From: Barthelona sp. PAP020
Taxonomy: Eukaryota
DNA: 20,000 nucleotides
Assembly (NCBI GenBank): GCA_040182905.1
Contig: JARQWU010000011.1
Span: 121,414 to 141,413 of the forward strand
Direction: 5' to 3'
Below, piece by piece: positions 9,311 to 18,565 of the stretch. Positions within the stretch are counted from its first letter, which is position 1; each line of letters begins with the position of its first letter. A program made the position numbers and the translations under genes. The notes under the pieces are model-generated. The model was not told the origin of the DNA and made no database searches. It was given only the letters and a program-made list of their open reading frames with translations.

Positions 9311-11503
9311 TCACTGCATCATTCTTGAAGGAGGTCTTGCACCAGTTGCACCCGACACTTTGGCAGTAGATTTTGCTGTAGGACTAATAAAACGATTAAC
9401 ATATTTTCTGCATCTAGATTTAGCATCTGCACTGAAGGCATTTGAATCAGCTATTCTTTGTAAAAATGAGGAAGGATCTGGATTCCAAGCAGTATTTGCT
9501 GGATCATTTACAAAATTGTAAAATTTTCTGGCGAATTCTGCACATTGTTCATTCTTTAAATCAATCAGCTCATGTGGATATCCTTGATCTGTCAAATAAG
9601 ATCTTCGTGGGATTGAAAAACACTCCTGTCTGGCATTTTGAGTTAAAATTGTGTAAAAGTATGATTCAGCATCTCCTTCATCAACAGCTAGCAATCTATT
9701 CTTCGATCTTTGAATTCTACCTAGCCTTTGAGCTTCTTGAGCTCTAGAGGAACCGTTAAAATCAAGTTGAATAATTACATTGGCCATTGGAATGTTCATA
9801 CCCACATCACCAACAGAACTTAAAAATAAGACTCTTTCTGAACGTTCCCTTCCATTTTCAAATGCTCTAATTACATTATCTTCGTAGTCATTTCTTCCTT
9901 TACCAGAATGTATCTCACCATGAATGATGAGAAACCCCAACTTCTCAGCCAAATATGATACAACAGGAACGGAATCACAAAAAACCAAGATTCGATCATG
10001 TTTTAAAGCCAAATGTTTATTCAACAAAAATTGAAGCATTTGAACTTTTTCTGGATGTAGAGTCTCCAAATATCGTTTGCTAGAATCCCTTTTATCCAAT
10101 TCTAGATATGTCCTATAGAAAGCAGACTCCATACGTGTGATAATGTGAATGCATTTAACACGGGCAATATATCCTTCATCTGCAAGACGTAAATATGAGG
10201 CCTCAAATAATTTTGGACCAATTCTATCGATTAATTCGGTTGTTTTATCATCTTCTCGCACAAAAGTAGCTGTCAATCCAATTTTAATACCAGATTGAAT
10301 ATCTAAGGATTTTCCAAACACTTCAGCACCAGTAACATGTACTTCGTCCAACAATACCATTCCCCAAAAATGATTTTTCAAAAAAGATTGAAAATTTGAA
10401 GTTCTTGACATCATATTATATGTAGTGATAATTACAACACCATTATCATACATTTCTTGCATTAACTTTTCAGATTCAATGGTATCATTGATTTCAAAAT
10501 CTTTAGCACTACCACAATAGACCTTTATTTGTTGAATGTTACATTTACACCATGATCTCAATTCACGTTTCCATTGTTTTGCAGTCAATGCACGATTACA
10601 GAATATTACCGTTGGACATTTAGTTGTAGCAATTGCAGCAACACCAATAAGCGTTTTTCCACTTCCACAAGGCAAAACAAGAATTCCACTTCTTGCTTTT
10701 CTGCTTTTAAAAACTGTAGATAAAGATTGAATCTGATACCATCTCAAAGCATCAGAATCTGTCAATCTAATATCAACAAACGGTAATTCTTCCTTGACTG
10801 TAACGTTCTTTGTGTTATCATAATACGTCAAAATGTTCTTTTCATCATATGAGAAATCCAATATTTGTAACTCCCGATTCTCTATATTATTTATAGCGGC
10901 CATACTTGTATGAGTAGTATCTATCCTGTTTCTATACAAAAATTCCGAAAATTGAGGCAAAAATTCAGTTTTACACAACTCACTTAATCTTTCTTCAATC
11001 AATTCAACAGTTAAACCACTCAATTGTCCAGTAATTAAGGATGCTCTTGTAATTATGAATTCATCAATCATTGACGCTCTTTTGTATGGATTTGCAGTTA
11101 AAATTAAAAAAGATTCAACAATTGAGTAGTGCTTATTTGTTCTTTCAATCATAATATGTAAGGCATCTTCTCTATCCAATTTAGATACTTTACGTTTTTG
11201 AACATCTATAAGACTAATATATAAAGGTCTTTCTTGATGTGCAATTTGTAATTTACCGTTGAAAATATACATATCATTGTAAATATCTTTAAATAGGATT
11301 GAATTCTTTTTTGTTTTATTTATATTCGTATAATACTTCCTTTTTAACGAACTACTATTGTTAGTTTCTTTGATTTTGGAATTAATATCTTTATCTTTAA
11401 TTGAATCTGATAAGTCAAAACAAAAATCGTCAGCTATTTTTTCTTCTTCTGCATCAGGAATATACTCATCATCAACATCAACAGTTAAAGTAAAGTTTGG
11501 CAT
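9311..11503 (-). CDS. ERCC3: TFIIH XPB/SSL2-family SF2 DNA translocase
   Basis: LRWYQ (Q motif), ARSGILVLPCGSGKT (Walker A), LLDEVH (Walker B), GLTATFVREDDK (motif III + RED), IGPKLFEA, SRAQEAQRLGRI (motif VI). ATG at 11503 directly follows a T-tract. Confidence 0.93.
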   Translation of the reverse strand: MPNFTLTVDVDDEYIPDAEEEKIADDFCFDLSDSIKDKDINSKIKETNNSSSLKRKYYTNINKTKKNSILFKDIYNDMYIFNGKLQIAHQERPLYISLIDVQKRKVSKLDREDALHIMIERTNKHYSIVESFLILTANPYKRASMIDEFIITRASLITGQLSGLTVELIEERLSELCKTEFLPQFSEFLYRNRIDTTHTSMAAINNIENRELQILDFSYDEKNILTYYDNTKNVTVKEELPFVDIRLTDSDALRWYQIQSLSTVFKSRKARSGILVLPCGSGKTLIGVAAIATTKCPTVIFCNRALTAKQWKRELRSWCKCNIQQIKVYCGSAKDFEINDTIESEKLMQEMYDNGVVIITTYNMMSRTSNFQSFLKNHFWGMVLLDEVHVTGAEVFGKSLDIQSGIKIGLTATFVREDDKTTELIDRIGPKLFEASYLRLADEGYIARVKCIHIITRMESAFYRTYLELDKRDSSKRYLETLHPEKVQMLQFLLNKHLALKHDRILVFCDSVPVVSYLAEKLGFLIIHGEIHSGKGRNDYEDNVIRAFENGRERSERVLFLSSVGDVGMNIPMANVIIQLDFNGSSRAQEAQRLGRIQRSKNRLLAVDEGDAESYFYTILTQNARQECFSIPRRSYLTDQGYPHELIDLKNEQCAEFARKFYNFVNDPANTAWNPDPSSFLQRIADSNAFSADAKSRCRKYVNRFISPTAKSTAKVSGATGARPPSRMMQ

Positions 11504-11644
11504 GAAAAAAAAAAAAATGATGGAGATTGTCAAAATAATATAATTGTTTTTTCAAAAACAGCAAATAACTCATTAAATTGGTTCTGTATTAATATAAAAT
11601 AATTAAATAATAAAAATATACTCTACAATTTACAAAAATTATTA

Positions 11645-13021
11645 TTACGTGTGAGAAATTCTTTCTCCCCATTTTCTAACATTTCCTTTGATCTGAGCTA
11701 ATTTTTTACTTTCTAAAGTTTCTATTCTTTCATCTGTTTGCGTTTCAACATTAAATTGTCGGACGTTTTGTCTCGACACAGGAGGTAAAGGAGAAATTGG
11801 TAAATTAGGTCTGCTAACACTTTTTTTAACAATAGTTGGCTTTTGTGATACATTGCTTTTTGCTTCCGAATTCAAATCGTTATCAAACAAAATGGGCTCT
11901 CTTCCCAATGAAATTAACAATCTTTGTATGACTTCTTCAAATACAGAAGAAAAATCTTGAGTTTCAACTTGGTGCAAAGGTCGAACTGAAGATAACTTGA
12001 GATGATGCAGCAATTCTTTCTCTATTACTGAAAGTTTCTTCTGCAATTTTCCGTAGTTCATCTTATTTTGAGTGTTTTTCCCACCAGTGTTAATAATTGA
12101 AGTTGAAGAATTGGCAATTTTAGGGAAGGACTCAACATTTTCTTCTTTTGTTTCTGGACTAGATTGATTGTTGATAGGTGTTTGTTTATTACTATTTCTA
12201 TCATTAACCATCTTTTCAACATCTTCATGCACTCTTGCAAGTATAGTTTTGAGGGAATTAACTTTTTTTGTGAGCATCACACATCTTTCAGTCTCCATTT
12301 CTTTCAAACGTTTGATTTCATTTAATTCATTACGTAAGTTTTTAGCTTCTGAAAAAAATCTATCAGCTTCACGTTTTACAACAACTAAATCTTGAGAAAA
12401 CTGTTGATTTTCTGCTAAAGTTCTCTTTAACCCATAACTTAACTCATCATCTGAATATTTCTTTGATTCCGCTCGATCTAGAGCTTGTTGATGTCCATTG
12501 GTTAAATCTCGTATTGTTTTAGCATGCTCTCGATTCATTCTTGTTTTTTCAGCATCCCATTCTTTCTCATGCGAAGTATGCTCTTGTTTAAGTTTCTCTA
12601 ATTCACTTTGAAGTATCTTTCGTTGAGAAGCAAATTGATTTAGGGTCTCTTTTTCAACAATTAATCGGGCTTCTTTTGAAGCTGCGTTCTTTTTGAAAGT
12701 TTCATGAGTTTCAATTAACTCACTATATTCTTCTTTCAATTTAGAATGATCTCTTTCTAAAATAATAAATGAATTACTTTGAGCAGCTAATTTTCTTTCA
12801 AATTCATTATTTTCATTTTCCCTATCTTTTTTCATATGCTCTATAACTGATTTCAATTGTTTCACTTCATTAATCAAATCTACAGTTGAAGTGGATAATT
12901 CGCTTTCTAGTTGAACAATTCTTTCTTTAAATTGATTATTTAAAGATAAATAATGTTGGGCAACTAATGTCTTTTGTGATAATTCAGATTTTAGCTTTTC
13001 TATCGTATTTTCATCCGCCAT
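11645..13021 (-). CDS. Long coiled-coil protein, CFAP157/BBOF1-like ciliary or basal-body family
   Basis: Heptad-rich N-terminal ~280 aa. KRTLAENQQFSQDL...EMETERCVMLTKK resembles the 'TKRTI.EN...' segment of CFAP157-type proteins. ATG (MADEN) at 13021. Confidence 0.55.
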   Translation of the reverse strand: MADENTIEKLKSELSQKTLVAQHYLSLNNQFKERIVQLESELSTSTVDLINEVKQLKSVIEHMKKDRENENNEFERKLAAQSNSFIILERDHSKLKEEYSELIETHETFKKNAASKEARLIVEKETLNQFASQRKILQSELEKLKQEHTSHEKEWDAEKTRMNREHAKTIRDLTNGHQQALDRAESKKYSDDELSYGLKRTLAENQQFSQDLVVVKREADRFFSEAKNLRNELNEIKRLKEMETERCVMLTKKVNSLKTILARVHEDVEKMVNDRNSNKQTPINNQSSPETKEENVESFPKIANSSTSIINTGGKNTQNKMNYGKLQKKLSVIEKELLHHLKLSSVRPLHQVETQDFSSVFEEVIQRLLISLGREPILFDNDLNSEAKSNVSQKPTIVKKSVSRPNLPISPLPPVSRQNVRQFNVETQTDERIETLESKKLAQIKGNVRKWGERISHT

Positions 13022-13108
13022 TTTGTTATTATTAGGTAAATAACAACTGTTAAACAACTAAATTATAAAGAAAAAAAGTGTTTCGTTTTTGAAATTATTT
13101 TATAATGT

Positions 13109-14953
13109 TTATCCAACAACAGGTTGAAGATATTTCTCAACAGTTAAAGCTAACTGGTAATCAATGTCAATTAAAAAAGCAGAAATTTCTATCAAACAAG
13201 AATATTTTTTTTGTGCTATCAATTGAGAAACCATGATATTTACAATTTTTTTTGCTTGCAAAGGCTTTTTTTCGTACAATTGTTTTATAATGTTCAAATT
13301 TTTTCTGTTAAAATTGTCGGGTAATAAAAAAGGGTATTCAATACTGATTTGAGGTTCTTTTTTTCGGTCAAATTGCTTTCTTTTACTTTTGTGAATACTT
13401 TTTAATTGAGTTATAGGGGTCAATTCCTTCCATATATCCGAATCAATATGATTTGGAATTGCAAAAGGAATAATTCCACTGTTCTTTTTTGTTAAATTGT
13501 ACTTTGCCAACAAATTAAAGGAATCATTTTCTATTTGGGGAGTTTTTTGTTCAATATTGGGAGTTTGAGATGCTGCAGGCATAAATTTTAAAATAGAATC
13601 TTTCTTTGGAATATTTTCTCTCGTTGGTGATTTATATCCAGATGGATTGTACAATTGTTCAAAACACATTTTAATCCCTCTTAAATCTGAAGCTACAAAT
13701 TGATCTTTGGTTAATTCACACGCTAACTTAGCATTGTCAAAAATATGCTGCAAATTCCAAGACCTTAAATCGAATCGTTGAGGAACTAGATCACACATTC
13801 CAGCACCAAGATATTTGGCAGGTTCAACCGGCGCATCTTTATGTCTCACATGAAATTCAATCAAAAATTTTTTTGCCTGTAAGTTTTTATGAGTCATTCT
13901 GTTCAAAATTTCTGTGGTAACATTTTTACAAAATTGTTGCTTTTCTTCTTCATTTCTAACTCTAACACCCCAATTAACATCAACAGACAATGCTTGCTCT
14001 TGACTCTTTCCTCCTAATAATAATCCTTTTGATGAATCTCCCTTGGCCACATCATTTAAGTAATTATACGTATTTGGTCCAACTATTGCTTGCAATATTC
14101 TTGGTTGACTAAAATTATACAGATCTGAAATGGTTGAAATCCCATAACTATTAAGTTTCTTCTTTAACATATAACCAACTTGAGGAATGAAGTCTATTGG
14201 AATCTTTTTCAGGTCACATTCATGAATAAAATATTTGTCAGAATGGAAATAAAATACTCCATCTGGCTTGGCGAGTTCAGTAGCTATTCTGGCAGTGACT
14301 AAATTCTTACCTGCTCCAACACTTGCATTAATTCCAATCCTTTGTTTAATCAATGATCGCATGGATTCGGCAAGACCAAATAAAGATAGTTCCGTGTAAG
14401 GCTCTATCAATTCCGTGACGTCTAAATACATTTCATCACAAGATACAGGTTCAATATACATACAATACTCTAAAATACACTCATAAAATAATTTACTTGC
14501 CTTTTCATAATTTTCAAAATCGTAAGGCAATAAAATTAGGTTTGGACAAAGCTCTTTTGCTCTACCAACCCACATTCCTGATTTAATCCCAAATTTACGT
14601 GCTTCATAATTACATGCAGAAACATCTGAACTGCTTCCACCATTAGATCGACTATGACAAATAACTACTGGTTTTTGGGCATATTCAGGAAATTTTTTTA
14701 AAGAAACACTTACAAAAAAACTATCAAGATCAATATGACAAAAAATACGTGTTGGATGTCTTCTGATAGCTTTCTTATAAGATTTAAAAATATTTTCTTT
14801 GATCAATATCTTATTGATATCTTCACATATATCGGATTTCCATTTGCTTAAGTGATGTAATCTCGAATTCGAGAAAAAGGATTCAAGAAATTTTGGATGT
14901 AGAGTATCAGTAATTGTCAATTCCTTTCCATTTTCACCATTAGTTCTGTTCAT
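13109..14953 (-). CDS. REV1: Y-family DNA polymerase REV1 (deoxycytidyl transferase), lacking the N-terminal BRCT domain
   Basis: N-digit FFSNSRLHHLSKWK, HIDLDSFFVS, SACNYEARKFGIKSGMW, REV1-type VSCDE, SVDVNWGVR, APVEPAKYLGAGMCD, and a UBM-like IPNHIDSDIWKEL. Confidence 0.93.
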   Translation of the reverse strand: MNRTNGENGKELTITDTLHPKFLESFFSNSRLHHLSKWKSDICEDINKILIKENIFKSYKKAIRRHPTRIFCHIDLDSFFVSVSLKKFPEYAQKPVVICHSRSNGGSSSDVSACNYEARKFGIKSGMWVGRAKELCPNLILLPYDFENYEKASKLFYECILEYCMYIEPVSCDEMYLDVTELIEPYTELSLFGLAESMRSLIKQRIGINASVGAGKNLVTARIATELAKPDGVFYFHSDKYFIHECDLKKIPIDFIPQVGYMLKKKLNSYGISTISDLYNFSQPRILQAIVGPNTYNYLNDVAKGDSSKGLLLGGKSQEQALSVDVNWGVRVRNEEEKQQFCKNVTTEILNRMTHKNLQAKKFLIEFHVRHKDAPVEPAKYLGAGMCDLVPQRFDLRSWNLQHIFDNAKLACELTKDQFVASDLRGIKMCFEQLYNPSGYKSPTRENIPKKDSILKFMPAASQTPNIEQKTPQIENDSFNLLAKYNLTKKNSGIIPFAIPNHIDSDIWKELTPITQLKSIHKSKRKQFDRKKEPQISIEYPFLLPDNFNRKNLNIIKQLYEKKPLQAKKIVNIMVSQLIAQKKYSCLIEISAFLIDIDYQLALTVEKYLQPVVG

Positions 14954-15235
14954 TGTTCAATTTGTATTTTAAATTCTTTTGAATTATTGACATATAACAT
15001 TTGTAAGAGATTGAATTGAAGAAAATTGCAGGCTAACTTTTTTTTTTTTGCTTTAGAATCTTACCCAAACAAAAATTTGCAAGAAAAAAATAAGCAACAG
15101 TGAATTGCAAAAAGAAAAGATCTTTGATTTTACAATTAAACAAAAACAAAAACAATAAGAAAAAAAGAAAATTGAAAAGAAAGTTTTTATAAAAATATTT
15201 AAAAGGCTGCAATTTTATTAAATAAAAAATACTTT

Positions 15236-16321
15236 TTACACTTCAATTTTCTGGGTTTCAACGTGTATAATTTGTGTGTTACCCATCGATTGATTCGTTT
15301 CCATCTTTTTTTTTAATGCTTTTTCTTTCTTTCTTTCCTCTTTCAATCTTTTTTCTTCTATTTTCTGATTTTCCATTTTAATGACTTGATCCAATGTCAA
15401 ATTTAATTCAATCATAAATTCAATGTCTTGCCATTCAGCAGCAGAATAATGACCCATAATATAAAATAATGTACAAAATTTCAAATCGTTGAAATAATCA
15501 ATAACAACAACATCACCATTTGAAGAAGATATTTTTGCATTATTCTTGATATTTTTTGTTAAATTCAAATGTTCACTGTTCATTAATTTGTCATAAGCAG
15601 CTTCATCATCAAATCGTATATTAATCTTAGATAAATAATGAGAAAAGAAGTCAACAGGATTTTCAGGCATTACTAAGAAGCCTTTAAATGTTGATTTTGG
15701 AAGAGCCATTATGATAGGGTCCACAGAGGTAAAAAAATGTTTGTGTAAGAGCATTTCGATCTGCTTAAGTACCATTCTACAAGCATAAACATCACCACTA
15801 GCATATTTCATCATTTTATTAGATAAGTCTTTGTGCCAAGGAGATCTGCTAACTTTCTTGTCTTTTGGTAAAATCATGTTAATGTTAAACATCTCGCAAA
15901 GACAATTAAGATTTAAAGGTAAGTTAAAATAATTACATATCTCATGGATATCAAAACCACATATAGTAACACCAGTTAAAGAATGTACTCTTTTGGTGTC
16001 TAGTTCTTTTCCTTTCCATAATGTGAAGGGGTTACTCTCAAATAATGATAGTATGTAAGGATGCCAATTATTTAATGATTTTCCACCATTCTTAATACGG
16101 ATTAAAAAAACATTTTCATCAATTCCAATCTGCAACAAATCTAAACAAACAGATTTTGAAAATGGATTCCATTCAAAATCCATGGAAATAATTTGATCTG
16201 AAGAAGATTCAATTGTTTCTTGGATATATTCAATGTATGTTTCATCATCACAATTTCCATAATAAACATCAATTGGAGGACAATTTTCACATATTTCAAT
16301 ACTTGATATGGCTAATTTCAT
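15236..16321 (-). CDS. DEDDy 3'-5' exonuclease (WRN-exo/EXD-like) with unknown C-terminal region
   Basis: ExoI MDFEW, LLQI, ExoII KGKELD, a VSRSPW segment and ExoIII YASGDV, then a K/E-rich C-terminal tail. Confidence 0.85.
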   Translation of the reverse strand: MKLAISSIEICENCPPIDVYYGNCDDETYIEYIQETIESSSDQIISMDFEWNPFSKSVCLDLLQIGIDENVFLIRIKNGGKSLNNWHPYILSLFESNPFTLWKGKELDTKRVHSLTGVTICGFDIHEICNYFNLPLNLNCLCEMFNINMILPKDKKVSRSPWHKDLSNKMMKYASGDVYACRMVLKQIEMLLHKHFFTSVDPIIMALPKSTFKGFLVMPENPVDFFSHYLSKINIRFDDEAAYDKLMNSEHLNLTKNIKNNAKISSSNGDVVVIDYFNDLKFCTLFYIMGHYSAAEWQDIEFMIELNLTLDQVIKMENQKIEEKRLKEERKKEKALKKKMETNQSMGNTQIIHVETQKIEV

Positions 16322-16532
16322 TGTTTTTCCTAAAATATTAAATATTAATTGATAAATTTGAAAAAAAAAAAGATTGGCTATGATTGAATTTTGCTTTGCT
16401 TTTTGTCTTACAAAATTAAATTTGAAGAAAGATTTTTGAATTCCTTCAAATGATTCACTATTTTGATCTTTGTCAATTGATTCAAAAAAAGAAAAATTTT
16501 TATTTACAAACTAAAATCAAACTCAGAAAAAA

Positions 16533-17399
16533 TTAAAATGATGTGTAACTATAACCAATTGTATGCCCAGTCTCATTAACTTTGTTTAAATAAGTTATCA
16601 TTAAAAAAACAGGCAAAAATTCACAAGTAAAGAACCACAAACAATAATAAATAAAATAATATTCGTATTTTTGATGTTCCAACCAATTTTGTGTCAAATC
16701 ACTGATTGGATTACAATTAAACTTTATCAAATAAACGTTCAAAAATCGAAGAATTTGAATGGGTCCAATTATCCATAAAAAAGTATAAAAATCATTAATT
16801 CTCTTCATTGTTAAACGAGTGTGAATTGCTTTTTTGGTTAATTGTTTTTGTAAATGTACTTGTAAAATAAATAAAGGCACAGTTGTGATCAAAAAGAAAA
16901 TAGAATTCACAAAATTCACTTTTCCATCGGCTTCTAAAACAGAAACTGGTGGGTCAGCCTTGGAACAAAAAACAAAGACAACTATGAATAAAATTGATGC
17001 ATAAATCAAAGCAGGTAAATAAATTTTTTTGAAATATTCTTCCGAACGTATTTGCACCAACAACAAACATCTTCCCAAAAAACATATTGACAACAAGTAT
17101 AAGACAAATTCAAGATATATTGGAACTTCATATGAAAAAAACCACATGAATAACGCAGTATTTGGAGGAACACCCGGCCATAACCACAATATAGTGCGGT
17201 AAAACATAAAAAAGGTGGCAAACATTGCAAAGCAAAATCGAAAGGTTAATCTTTCTTGCACTTTGTAATCTTTTATCCCTTCTCGTATGCTAACAATTCC
17301 TAATGAAGCATATAAAATCGTTAATATTAACAAACATATTGAATCTTGGGTAAAAATATTTGGTGAGATTAAATCAACATCTCCATCTAAAATAGGCAT
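16533..17399 (-). CDS. Multi-pass (~7TM) membrane protein, TOM1/THH1/GPR137-like
   Basis: About seven hydrophobic segments, P....F..Y.L in TM3, an R in TM6 (ILRF) and CEFLP in TM7, resembling the TOM1/GPR137 family. Confidence 0.55.
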   Translation of the reverse strand: MPILDGDVDLISPNIFTQDSICLLILTILYASLGIVSIREGIKDYKVQERLTFRFCFAMFATFFMFYRTILWLWPGVPPNTALFMWFFSYEVPIYLEFVLYLLSICFLGRCLLLVQIRSEEYFKKIYLPALIYASILFIVVFVFCSKADPPVSVLEADGKVNFVNSIFFLITTVPLFILQVHLQKQLTKKAIHTRLTMKRINDFYTFLWIIGPIQILRFLNVYLIKFNCNPISDLTQNWLEHQKYEYYFIYYCLWFFTCEFLPVFLMITYLNKVNETGHTIGYSYTSF

Positions 17400-17497
17400 A
17401 TCTTTTTTGTTTTTTCAAAGTTAATTCTTTGAATTAAAAAAAAATTAGAAACTGTTTTCTTTCATTTTTCTTTGTGTGAGACATTTTTAAAAAACTG

Positions 17498-17513
17498 TCT
17501 CCCAATTGGGAGA
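17498..17513. repeat. Perfect 16-bp palindrome TCTCCCAATTGGGAGA ~100 bp upstream of the 7TM gene
   Basis: The sequence is its own reverse complement and contains CCAAT on both strands. Confidence 0.75.
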
Positions 17514-17962
17514 TTTGTGCTTCAGGTGATTAATTTTGTGGTGAATATTGATTTCTATTCGAGTTGTTAGTATTTGAAATTATTCATGATAGATAGCACA
17601 AATTTTTTTGCCACTCATTTTTTCCACAAAAAAAAAAATTGGTTTGGATTTGTAAAGTGCTATGTTTGGCAAATAAAGAACAAACCATTTTGAGTAAACT
17701 GAAAGCTGTTCTTTTGATCTTTTGATTGCTTTGACTTTTTGATTTGGTCAGAATTTTCGTTGACTTCACTTGACGTGACAAGAAAGAAAAAAACAATGTT
17801 CATATTGTTTGTGATATCAAGAATACTGAAGGAATGAACTTTCAGCTTTTGTGAAAGCATTAGTATTTCAAAAAACAATTCCTAATTTTTCTTCATTCAG
17901 AAATAAAATCAAAAAACACCACACAATTTATAATTGTTCAATATGAACAAACAATACACACT

Positions 17963-18565
17963 TTATTCCAGTACTTTGAAAGATTCTTCAACAAGTTCTT
18001 TCAATTTGTCTTCTTCTTTTGGGAACATGTAACGAATATTTTTAAAATCACACATCCATTCAACAGCGGGACAATAAGCGTTTTCATTACCAATATGTTC
18101 AGTTAATGCTCTGTAAGCTTTCTTTGGACCTAATAAATAACTGAAAACATTACGATATTTGAAGAAAGTAATGAAATAATCACAACTGGGAACAACAGTG
18201 TGTTTTAAATCAACCTTTTCTAATTCCAACTTAATATCAACAAGGCTTTTTTCAGTTTCAGGCATTTTAATACCCATAATGGTAATCAATCTTTCTTGAG
18301 GAGTATCTTTGGGGCTATTTGGATAAAATTGGAAAGTTTCAACAGTTTTCATTTCTTCTTCAGAAAAAACTTGTTTGAGATCAGCAAAGAGTTTTTCAAA
18401 AGCAGGAGCTAAACCTTTGTAGGGTCCAACATGAATTCTATAGGCAAAATGAAATTCTTTAATTTCAACTTCATCAACGTTGAGTTTATCAAAAACTCCC
18501 ATATAGAATAACCATCCAAAAACCAACACAACCAATACACCAAATGTAATTAAAAGAGTAAGCAT
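17963..18565 (-). CDS. TEX264-like protein: N-terminal TM anchor + GyrI-like domain + C-terminal LIR-like motif
   Basis: MLTLLITFGVLVVLVFGWLFYMGVF TM segment, AYRIHVGPYK, YPNSPKDTP, F.YRNVFSYLLGPKKAY.AL, ending EESFKVLE. ATG at 18565 is preferred because the upstream extension overlaps the opposite-strand gene. Confidence 0.8.
   Translation of the reverse strand: MLTLLITFGVLVVLVFGWLFYMGVFDKLNVDEVEIKEFHFAYRIHVGPYKGLAPAFEKLFADLKQVFSEEEMKTVETFQFYPNSPKDTPQERLITIMGIKMPETEKSLVDIKLELEKVDLKHTVVPSCDYFITFFKYRNVFSYLLGPKKAYRALTEHIGNENAYCPAVEWMCDFKNIRYMFPKEEDKLKELVEESFKVLE

Noticed and set aside
9442..12395. Small ORFs overlapping XPB and the coiled-coil gene
   Set aside because: Antisense or alternate-frame shadows without independent support.
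17006..17878. ORFs 17006-17230, 17584-17796 and 17660-17878
   Set aside because: Short, low-complexity or nested in another gene, with no recognisable domain; the two spacer ORFs overlap each other in different frames.
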